Under the pieces are notes generated by a model. The model made no database searches and had not been told where the DNA came from. It was given only the letters and a program-made list of their open reading frames with translations. Of a stretch of 37,996 bases of DNA, positions 10,601-17,161 are shown piece by piece; position 1 is the stretch's first letter, and every line of letters begins with the position of its first letter. The stretch is taken from NCBI GenBank assembly GCA_902773285.1, contig CACYDS010000009.1, positions 1 through 37,996 of the forward strand. Direction: 5' to 3'. A program made the translations under genes and the position numbers. The stretch is from an uncultured Pseudomonadota bacterium (lineage in GTDB: Bacteria; Pseudomonadota; Alphaproteobacteria; RUG11792).

Positions 10601-11294
10601 TGACAGCGAAGATATGAAATTCAATTCGTTTGGGTATGATACGATGCTGAGGCCTACAATTTTCCTGGGACTTCAACACAATAATCTTAGGTATAAAGGC
10701 GATAAATATGGCATCAATGGTTATTTTGGCGGCGCCAAAGCATCACTGTATGCCAAAAATCAGGTTCTTGAAGTGTTTGGGCTATATGAACAATTCAACA
10801 CCAGAGCTACGTTGCCAGCGAATTACTCAGGTTCATATCAAAAAATTAAGGCTAAGACCCATATATTGAATTTGGGGGCAAAATATGCCATAGACGTTAA
10901 ATTACACCAAAACCTATATATTCGTCCTAATGTATCCTTGGGCTATGCATTTATGTGGTCTCCTGCATTTACTGGATATAACGAAGCTAGTCATAAATTG
11001 CGCAATCGCCATATGATTTCTGTGGCGCCTGGCGTTAGCCTTATTCGAAGGCAGGGAGATTGGCTCATTCGAGGATTTGTAGCATATCATCGCAAATTCG
11101 GCACGAAAGGGCGAACGAAAGCGACAGGAGTGTCTATGAAAACAGATCTGACCAAAAAGAGATTCTTAGAATATGGAGCGGAAGTCACAAAAGATAATAT
11201 AGCTAACAACACAAGCGCGAGCCTAAAACTATCAAGGAAAACCTTTGGTATCCGCGGATTTAAGGCAACGATATCTGTCGGCATAAAGTTCTAA
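7674..11294 (+). CDS. Large autotransporter outer-membrane/surface protein (type Va)
   Basis: A GGAGG RBS lies 7 nt upstream. There is a Sec signal peptide (MSRTYRLLIIILLGMLPIYQADA|GD), a ~900-aa Asn/Gly/Thr-rich passenger, and a ~280-aa C-terminal beta-barrel-like domain with alternating hydrophobic strands ending in a terminal Phe (ISVGIKF). Confidence 0.85.
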   Translation: MSRTYRLLIIILLGMLPIYQADAGDSTDTEEVAGNSSEESEEPVEPQLYDFHDILTLEEGSQVIFGTGLFRSTSGLVNYTNKVQLRPNSTLTLRAGDGENTGVFHNYGRCEMYKNSKITGGGTIFEHGRFEDDNANNVRASQNKADYERGYIIDYYDTQQDLTTDQEIQNAAYYDLVNNEDAPIRKFKIYYMGCGIFTTSKELGDPSIQATDFAEITDSMRGTDNQGKIDSSIIFKRDALDFNQTAGSIDTAYDLRTLSNDYGSLGTIHISDQTDDIKSSFFSIRGFDTEDAGHDCSGTDGSTYFKFGRNLDRDVWVPKVDDKVVLGKTMPDTENAAAYEQDIMDTLNTSAENNDNLFAYKDWEPNDPVTTYHGDNSWFNGVYKLKRGAIIVKNTAGMFGGRVELGDADVYESPTGAGTGTLALHRDLVAGNEDAKNFIKNVRPTEFEWEGGAKDEYNKPDIYMNGNSTLFFNLQPDQNGNQIFSFYGNITGTERDRLIFEQGEVRIKGDCSGFKGSIAVTPGAKFEVRSSDAGSSSTYQGKFPNANIYQVYGADAGENAGKFVTNPTAVTSVDTATMENVTINNGIMELNNAGSEDGGKITLKSANIESTAMTTLNDESNIKDTVIRGVLVAKGDMTVENTTLEGGVLVLDNATLTTDNMTAGSTIASWGNGNYRDVVNIGANVGAGAGYFRITQQHTLKLFSDYNVTTGEADYINVANSVANIQTAGGIAVAGMNFNEMPTNDQYVFKIYDGAGHTDNMPVTIGGSYNGGDPVFDVYVNGTFNPTNTNPINGINAGGIDNVGDTKLDYNVTNNAQKVTTYLDNGVRILEFGNGNIYKVEGQSAGRYGNVVLTKYLTDRSVVADVVQSGAISSIALNIGDTISDADDILNSSIFSNSEAALLDSEVKTRGTSGGTSSTNEESQTEKHHRNDALPLSEKKTKKYRIWNKTFGEHDAIDLRGSSNMSMNEAGTILGFDSEDMKFNSFGYDTMLRPTIFLGLQHNNLRYKGDKYGINGYFGGAKASLYAKNQVLEVFGLYEQFNTRATLPANYSGSYQKIKAKTHILNLGAKYAIDVKLHQNLYIRPNVSLGYAFMWSPAFTGYNEASHKLRNRHMISVAPGVSLIRRQGDWLIRGFVAYHRKFGTKGRTKATGVSMKTDLTKKRFLEYGAEVTKDNIANNTSASLKLSRKTFGIRGFKATISVGIKF

Positions 11295-11304
11295 GGGAAA
11301 AGGT

Positions 11305-11324
11305 GAATGGACTATGCTCCATTC
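11305..11324. terminator. Short hairpin between the convergent autotransporter and HExxH genes
   Basis: gaatgga-ctatgc-tccattc forms a 7-bp stem. The flanking U-tracts are weak on both strands. Confidence 0.3.
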
Positions 11325-11329
11325 AAGCC

Positions 11330-11989
11330 TTATTTCATCAAATAATCCATTAACTCATGAAAATTTTGAGGAGTTAACTTTGCGGGTTGTTCCGTTGAAA
11401 TTTTACGCAACACTTCAGGTATAGAGAGCTTTTGTTCGTGCAATTTTATTGCATTGTATAAAGCATATATGTGGTTAGACAAATCTGTATATTCTCTATG
11501 TTGAAACTCTTCTTTTATTAATTCATCTGAACAATTTGCATATTGTTCGCTTACCTCATCATAATCATACAATCGTAACACCTCCAGCGATTGCAGCGAT
11601 TGTCGCATATCTGTTACATTTTGCTTCTTCACCAACAAATCCGCCAAACAAGTTGAAACTAATATTCTGTATATTTCCCAAAGTCTCAATGCCTTGCTGT
11701 AATCAAATATCGTTTCAATATACAGCGAAAAAAGCTCAGGATTTGAATTTCCGGTCCTTGTTTTTGTCTTTACCATCCAAGCATGTTCTATCATATGGGC
11801 AATTTCATGTATTAGGAAAACCTCAGCATCTGTAGTCGACATGTACGTTAATTTTAAGCAGTAGTTATCAGTGATTTTCTCCGGATCCATAAATCTCAAT
11901 TGGATTTTTTTAAGCCACTCTTCATATTTTTGTTGATCTTGAGGATCATCAAACTTATATTTTTCCTTTTCTGCATCAGCTTCAGTCAT
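11330..11989 (-). CDS. Hypothetical protein with an HExxH metallopeptidase-like motif
   Basis: 219-aa ORF with an ATG start. Its only recognisable motif is FLIHEIAHMIEHAW (HExxH followed by E-H). There is no signal peptide or TM segment. Confidence 0.55.
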   Translation of the reverse strand: MTEADAEKEKYKFDDPQDQQKYEEWLKKIQLRFMDPEKITDNYCLKLTYMSTTDAEVFLIHEIAHMIEHAWMVKTKTRTGNSNPELFSLYIETIFDYSKALRLWEIYRILVSTCLADLLVKKQNVTDMRQSLQSLEVLRLYDYDEVSEQYANCSDELIKEEFQHREYTDLSNHIYALYNAIKLHEQKLSIPEVLRKISTEQPAKLTPQNFHELMDYLMK

Positions 11990-12198
11990 GCGTAAAAGCT
12001 CGGCGGCATCAGATACTTCACTGTGGATCGCCTAATCTATGTATGAATTCTTCGCCTCATCATCCTCGTTTTCATATACATATAATTCCATCCATCTGCC
12101 TTTACTCTCAATTTCCTTAAAATCAGTCGGGGACGCACAAATCTTTGTGTTTATTGGGCTTTTTTGTAAATTCTACACATTCAGATTACTGGTGTTCG

Positions 12199-12555
12199 TT
12201 AATGCGTTTCAAACCAACATATAGCATCATATCCATTGTCATACTCAGGTTGCTGTTCTCTGGCTAGTTTCTCATAATAACTTGCTTTCTCTGCTTCATT
12301 CAGTTCTTCAGAATGCTCTGGATCTAGATATACAACACCAGAGCTCCCCGGCTTGATTATCCGCAAATACGGCGGGACGTCCTCAAGCCCATACGAAATG
12401 ACGTCTACACACGATCCTGAATCAACTGTCCATTCAGCATATGTAAATTCCGTCTTAGCAATTGCTCTTTCAACAACTCCTATCAGATACTCTCCAATCT
12501 CTCCACTATCTTGGAGCAATTTTTTATAAAAGTCTTTAGCCCTATTTTTTACCAA
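12199..12555 (-). CDS. Hypothetical protein, possibly the 3' remnant of a decayed longer gene
   Basis: 118 codons open with no ATG anywhere, so the ORF-track start is a TTG. The same frame continues upstream through three stops to an ATG at 12810. Confidence 0.35.
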   Translation of the reverse strand: MVKNRAKDFYKKLLQDSGEIGEYLIGVVERAIAKTEFTYAEWTVDSGSCVDVISYGLEDVPPYLRIIKPGSSGVVYLDPEHSEELNEAEKASYYEKLAREQQPEYDNGYDAICWFETH

Positions 12556-12864
12556 AGATCAATCTATTTCTGCTTCTGGTTAGCTACTATTAGTCAATTT
12601 TTCAATCTTTTTTCTTGTTTGTTCTAACGGCAGTAGCAGGCAAAGCATCTGCCTCACGTCATCGCTAATCCACTTATACCTACTTTTGTTGTCCTAAAAG
12701 AACTTTACCGGGTCTTTAGCGAACAACTTAAATTCACTATCCATAGTGTGGCAAGTGGCCACACAGCACAACACAACCAATAATCTCAATATACCCCTGA
12801 TATTCATCATAAAGTTCAAAGCTATAAAAACACCCGTCAGTATTATAACTTGTAAAAAGCTCTC

Positions 12865-12894
12865 TGTCACTCAATATTGTTATGAGCTTATACA
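12865..12894. repeat. Solo copy of the IS-type terminal inverted repeat seen at 26629-26921
   Basis: tgtcactcaatattgttatgagcttataca. Its terminal 17 nt, tgttatgaGcttataca, differ at one position from 26905-26921 (tgttatgaActtataca). Confidence 0.5.
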
Positions 12895-12909
12895 GGATAC
12901 GAAAAAAGT

Positions 12910-12939
12910 TTGACTGATTTGAAAATTTTGTGTTATCAT
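12910..12939 (+). promoter_or_regulatory. Candidate sigma70-type promoter of the tRNA(CAU) gene
   Basis: TTGACT (12910-12915), an 18-nt spacer, then TATCAT (12934-12939). It ends 13 nt before the mature tRNA 5' end. Confidence 0.45.
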
Positions 12940-12952
12940 TTTTGCAAAGAGT

Positions 12953-13029
12953 GGGTCTTTAGTTCAGTTGGTTAGAACCCTCCGCTCATAACGGAGTTGT
13001 CGTAGGTTCGAGTCCTACAGGACCCACCA
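12953..13029 (+). tRNA. tRNA with CAU anticodon (elongator Met or lysidine-dependent Ile2; not distinguishable by eye)
   Basis: The cloverleaf was folded by hand. Acceptor GGGTCTT/AGGACCC, D stem GTTC/GAAC, anticodon stem CTCCG/CGGAG with loop CTCATAA, T stem GTAGG/CCTAC. CCA is encoded. Confidence 0.9.
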
Positions 13030-13045
13030 ATTTTCGCTGAAATTT

Positions 13046-13636
13046 TTATAAAGTGAGTGCGGTTTTTATGCTCGTAGGAATGGGCTCGTTTGATACTGCT
13101 GTCAGGTCCGTTAGCGTGGCTAAGACTTTACATCTTGAAAAATGCTCTATTGTATCAATTAGCGTCGTGTTGCCGTTCAAGATGATACCTAAGATATCAA
13201 TGTTCCGTGCTCTTAAAACCCCGATGGTCAAGAATATATGATTTAAAAATCCTAATTTAGATTTCGCCACTATTAATGCCTTTGCATTCAGAAAATTGAT
13301 TAAATCAGCCATCATTATGTTTTTGGTAATTGGCACGAGAGCGCCGCCGGCCCCTTCAATCACTGTATTATTTGGGGGGCATTGTCTCTTTATGGTATCT
13401 ACATCAATATCTATTCCTTCAAGATGTGCCGCATCATATACCGATAGTGGCGCCTTCAGTCTATATGCGTTAGGAATAATATGTGTTGTCGGAGAAAACT
13501 GAATGATTGTATTAGCATCCGAATCATCACCGGTCTGTATCGGCTTAAAATAGGAAGCCGCAGTATTTTTGCAGATCCATGCAGAAGTTATTGTTTTTCC
13601 GATATCTGTATCAGTCCCTGTGACGAATATATTCAT
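13046..13636 (-). CDS. bioD: ATP-dependent dethiobiotin synthetase
   Basis: MNIFVTGTDTDIGKTITSAWI is a P-loop-type BioD N-terminus. EGAGG is also present, and the 196-aa length is typical. Confidence 0.88.
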   Translation of the reverse strand: MNIFVTGTDTDIGKTITSAWICKNTAASYFKPIQTGDDSDANTIIQFSPTTHIIPNAYRLKAPLSVYDAAHLEGIDIDVDTIKRQCPPNNTVIEGAGGALVPITKNIMMADLINFLNAKALIVAKSKLGFLNHIFLTIGVLRARNIDILGIILNGNTTLIDTIEHFSRCKVLATLTDLTAVSNEPIPTSIKTALTL

Positions 13637-13689
13637 GCAGCACCTTGCTCGAAACTATATCTCTTATCTTATCAAAGAACAGAGCAATG

Positions 13690-14025
13690 TTATTTGCTAA
13701 TACAACAAGGCATAACAAAAAACGCTATAAGAGAATCACGCGTGGCAGTAGCTGGATCTAATTGTCCAGATTTTATCGAAAGTTCATTATTAATCACGCG
13801 TTGAAATATCTCTTGTTGTAATTTCGCACCTAGCCCACCATTTATCAACCTTTTTTCCAGGATTTTATGTATAAGCATTGCGTTTGCGGAAGCTTCGGTT
13901 TCATTTAATCCATCGTTTAGAGTGATAGAAGGGAAATTTTTAGACACAGCCATTGATGGCTTCTTTTCTTTCTCGGGCAAAGTATCATGAAGCTGTCCGA
14001 AAATATCATTTTGCATAATCTTCAT
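13690..14025 (-). CDS. Hypothetical 111-aa protein, translationally coupled to tssG
   Basis: The ATG lies 2 nt after the tssG TAG. No TM segment, signal peptide or recognisable motif was found. Confidence 0.5.
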   Translation of the reverse strand: MKIMQNDIFGQLHDTLPEKEKKPSMAVSKNFPSITLNDGLNETEASANAMLIHKILEKRLINGGLGAKLQQEIFQRVINNELSIKSGQLDPATATRDSLIAFFVMPCCISK

Positions 14026-14027
14026 AA

Positions 14028-14999
14028 CTAAACACTCTCTGTAAAAAATGCACTTTTGGAACTGTGCATCCCGAATATAAATGTATTCTTATTTAAACTA
14101 TTATCTCCATTAAGCAATGTTTCCTTCACTAGGCATTTATCCAAAAAGAAATGGAGCTTGACAGCAACACCATGTGGAACGTAAAGGCATATGATTTCCT
14201 TCATTTTTTGAAGAGCAGAAAACGTTTGATCTTTTGAATATTTTTTGGGCAGAAACTTTGCATACTGCTCAAAATCCAAAGCCCCAATTAAAACCGTTAT
14301 ACCTTTCGTCGCATCCCAAATTTTATCTCCCAATAGACAGGTTTTCCCCAATTTATTATGCCTCCCTTTTTTTCCAATAGACATCCGCTCTCCGAGAGGA
14401 GCTTGTATAAAACCGCCCTCAAATTGGCGAATTTCTATTGGCACTTTAAAAAAGCTTTCTAGAATAGCTTTCAAACCAGCACTAGATCTCGTGCGACGCC
14501 AAAACAAATTTTGAACAGAAACCTTAAATTGTTCCGGGATCATCCCGGCTTTTGACTTCATATTTAATTCTAATCCAGATAAGCTAAAAATTATGTTTCC
14601 TATGACAGAATTTTCAATCGGGCTTGACAGGGTTTCAATATTTTGACGTTTCAAAAACGCATATCTTAGCGAAAGTATTTTGCTATTGTATATATCAAAA
14701 TAATCGTACAACGCACCGCGTGTTGTACGCTCATAACTTAAAAACTCTTCTGTATAACTGTCTGGTATTGGACTTTCAATTCCAACAATACCATTCATAT
14801 TCACATGTATCTCCGCAAGGCCATCTTTTATGCCCTCAACCTTTGAGACGTCTATGTACTTCGATGTATAATTCACGTTTGATTTGATGTCGACAAACTT
14901 AATTTCGCATCTTTTTAGCGCAACATCTAACGCCTTCACAAATGAGAACTTTTCAGCCTCATATATAAATCTTTCTAAAAGTGAATCAGCCTTTGCCAC
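14028..14999 (-). CDS. tssG: Type VI secretion baseplate subunit TssG (ImpH/VasB family)
   Basis: 323 aa with a GTG start. FSFVKALDV matches the F.Ff.avrlLe start. The segment VNMNGIVGIESPIPDSYTEEFLSYERTTRGALYDYFDIYNSKILSLRYAFLKR matches the GL.G..GpLP..yTe...r.r..d.al..FlDiFnhR...LfYrAW core. RRTRSSAGLKAILESFFKVPIEIRQFEGGF...LGDKIWDATKGITVLIGALDFEQYAKFLP matches the C-terminal TssG pattern. Confidence 0.8.
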   Translation of the reverse strand: MAKADSLLERFIYEAEKFSFVKALDVALKRCEIKFVDIKSNVNYTSKYIDVSKVEGIKDGLAEIHVNMNGIVGIESPIPDSYTEEFLSYERTTRGALYDYFDIYNSKILSLRYAFLKRQNIETLSSPIENSVIGNIIFSLSGLELNMKSKAGMIPEQFKVSVQNLFWRRTRSSAGLKAILESFFKVPIEIRQFEGGFIQAPLGERMSIGKKGRHNKLGKTCLLGDKIWDATKGITVLIGALDFEQYAKFLPKKYSKDQTFSALQKMKEIICLYVPHGVAVKLHFFLDKCLVKETLLNGDNSLNKNTFIFGMHSSKSAFFTESV

Positions 15000-15031
15000 T
15001 TAAATCCCCATCCGGCATCTGATAAAAAAAT

Positions 15032-15108
<77 letters not shown>

Positions 15109-15126
15109 ATATTCCTTGTTAACCCT

Positions 15127-15155
15127 ATTATATATCGTTCAATTGCTAGGCACAA
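15127..15155 (-). promoter_or_regulatory. Candidate promoter of tRNA-fMet
   Basis: On the minus strand: TTGTGC (15155-15150), a 17-nt spacer, then TATAAT (15132-15127). This is 18 nt upstream of the mature tRNA 5' end. Confidence 0.45.
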
Positions 15156-15206
15156 CAAAATTTATAATTTTTTTCAGATGCAAATTAATATTAACACCAT
15201 TACACT

Positions 15207-15252
15207 ATTCCCCCTGGATGCACCATAACAAAGTGCATCGGGGGAATTTTTT
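15207..15252 (+). terminator. Strong intrinsic-terminator-like hairpin with a T-run on the plus strand only
   Basis: attccccc(tg)gatgcac - cataacaaa - gtgcatc gggggaat, followed by TTTTT. That is 8 + 7 bp of stem with a 2-nt bulge. It lies 33 nt downstream of the minus-strand dsbA-like stop, but the U-tract is on the plus strand. Confidence 0.55.
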
Positions 15253-15284
15253 GCTCAAAACTCAATTAACTCAGAGTAATTTTT

Positions 15285-16079
15285 TTACTTTATAACTGAT
15301 TCTATAGCTGGAAGCAACTGTTCGGCAGAGGAAAGACGCAACATTGTTGCCTTACCATCCTTTAATGTAAATATTGCAGGCACTAACGGCAATTTCATGC
15401 TCTCGGCCAATCTGCCATTTTCTGCCAACTTTTTATCGCAATCATCCATCATACCTTCTATTTCCTTATTATCCAAACCGGCTGCTTTCAACGACGATTC
15501 GATGAATTTCTTGTCTATATCTCCCTTGCTTGAAGTCACATGCTCAATAAACTTTATGGCCTTTTCTGCACTTTTCTCGTATACGGCCAAATAGACCTTT
15601 GCAAGAGTTACAGAATCGTTGCCCAAAACCGCGACAGGAAGCACCTTAAAGCACAGATCCTTCTTTGCCTTCACTAAGTTCAACATTTGTTTTTGTATCT
15701 CGACGCAGGCTTTCTCCAATGGATCGATGAAACAAATCACTGATGCCTTGGATTCAAGCTTCCCAAACTTCATAGCTAATTTAGTAATATCTGCACTTTT
15801 ATCGGATACAGTCTGTTCAATTTTTTTCAATTCATCCTCGCGCTGTTTTGCTATTCCCTCTCCCATAGCATTCATAACAAGTTGAGGATTTTGTTTTACT
15901 GTATCAACTATTATACCTCGGACTTTTTCATCAAAAGTTGCGCTTTCAGCCACTGATGATGGCTTCTTGGGGCAAAAATATGCGGCAGACGCCACTATTA
16001 ATGCCAAAATAGACACGATTATAGAAGCTTTACAACCGCATCCAGAACATTTTTGTTTGTTTTCCATAAATTTTTCCAA
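15285..16079 (-). CDS. DsbA-family (COG1651-like) thioredoxin-fold protein with a degenerate active site (ExxC instead of CxxC)
   Basis: The layout is an N-terminal anchor, a helical linker (VKQNPQLVMNAM, compare YL..NPE), then a thioredoxin fold. ICFIDPLEKAC sits where VEFFDYNCGYC is expected. LVPAIF sits where the cis-Pro GTPAFV motif is expected. Confidence 0.6.
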   Translation of the reverse strand: MEKFMENKQKCSGCGCKASIIVSILALIVASAAYFCPKKPSSVAESATFDEKVRGIIVDTVKQNPQLVMNAMGEGIAKQREDELKKIEQTVSDKSADITKLAMKFGKLESKASVICFIDPLEKACVEIQKQMLNLVKAKKDLCFKVLPVAVLGNDSVTLAKVYLAVYEKSAEKAIKFIEHVTSSKGDIDKKFIESSLKAAGLDNKEIEGMMDDCDKKLAENGRLAESMKLPLVPAIFTLKDGKATMLRLSSAEQLLPAIESVIK

Positions 16080-16238
16080 AAAAACAACTAGGTCTACATA
16101 ACTTCATCTTATAACAAATTTGCCCGAATCCATAAATAAATCTCATAAAGGAAGATGTTTTTCACAAGATGCATTCGCACCCTTAAACGCACCAGATATG
16201 ATATACTACAAATAGCGGCAGTTTTTTGAGCTTATATC

Positions 16239-17135
16239 ATGATTTCGTACGTCATCATTGCAGTTGTATTGTTGTTAGTTTGCAGCACAATCTTCATTGT
16301 GGATCAGCAAACTTGCGCAATCATAGAGCGGCTTGGCAAATTTCAAAGACTTGCCTACCCAGGACTAAATTTTAAAATTCCATTTATTGAAAACAAGCGC
16401 GCAAGTCTTTCAATGCGGATACATCAGCTTGAAGTGGTCGTGGAAACAAAAACTAAGGATAATGTGTTTGTTAAGGCGGTTATCGCTGTACAATACAGAG
16501 TTCTTCAGTCGAAAATTTATGAAGCATTTTATATGCTCCAGGATCCAGTTGGACAAATAACATCATTTGTCTTTGATTTAGTGAGAGCGCAAGTGCCAGC
16601 TATGGACTTAGATGACGTTTTTTCTCGCAAAGACGATATAGCAGATGCAGTAAAAGAAGAGCTTGAAACGCCAATGGCTGATTTTGGGTATGAGATCATT
16701 AAGGCTTTAGTAACAGATATCGACCCGGATGCTAATGTCAAATCCGCTATGAACGAAATAAATACCGCCCAAAGATTGAGAGTGGCCGCCACAGAAAAAG
16801 GGGAAGCCGAAAAGATTTTAAAAGTAAAACAAGCTGAAGCCGAGGCAGAAGCTTGTATTCTACACGGAAAAGGTGTTGCTGGTCAGAGGCAGGCGATTAT
16901 AGAGGGTTTATGTCAATCTGTTGATGAATTTGTAAAGCAAACTGGAACGACGCCGGCACACGTGATGGATATGGTTTTGCTAATACAATACATAGATACA
17001 TTAAAGGATATAGGCTCAAATTCGAAATCGAGTGTGGTGTTTGTTCCTCATAACCCAGGAAATTTTTCATCGCTAGGAGAACAGTTGCGTGAAACAATCT
17101 TCGCATCTGATCTTTTGAAAAACTCAAAAAAGTAA
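16239..17135 (+). CDS. SPFH/Band 7 (stomatin/prohibitin-like) membrane protein
   Basis: N-terminal TM segment, then IVDQQTCAIIERLGKFQRLAYPGLNFKIPFIE. The C-terminus has a coiled-coil with an AEAEAEA stretch. Confidence 0.85.
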   Translation: MISYVIIAVVLLLVCSTIFIVDQQTCAIIERLGKFQRLAYPGLNFKIPFIENKRASLSMRIHQLEVVVETKTKDNVFVKAVIAVQYRVLQSKIYEAFYMLQDPVGQITSFVFDLVRAQVPAMDLDDVFSRKDDIADAVKEELETPMADFGYEIIKALVTDIDPDANVKSAMNEINTAQRLRVAATEKGEAEKILKVKQAEAEAEACILHGKGVAGQRQAIIEGLCQSVDEFVKQTGTTPAHVMDMVLLIQYIDTLKDIGSNSKSSVVFVPHNPGNFSSLGEQLRETIFASDLLKNSKK

Positions 17136-17161
17136 CGGATCACGATCTCAACAAGCAGGAT

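Noticed and set aside
7903-11284. Series of 60-110-aa minus-strand ORFs inside the autotransporter gene
   Set aside because: They are antisense to a continuous 1206-codon frame that has a signal peptide and a beta-barrel. Their Ser/Val/Phe-rich translations carry no motifs.
12039-12224. 61-aa plus-strand ORF between the HExxH gene and the 118-codon ORF
   Set aside because: It has a low-complexity Ser/Phe-rich translation and lies antisense to the frame that extends the HExxH ORF upstream. It has no RBS.
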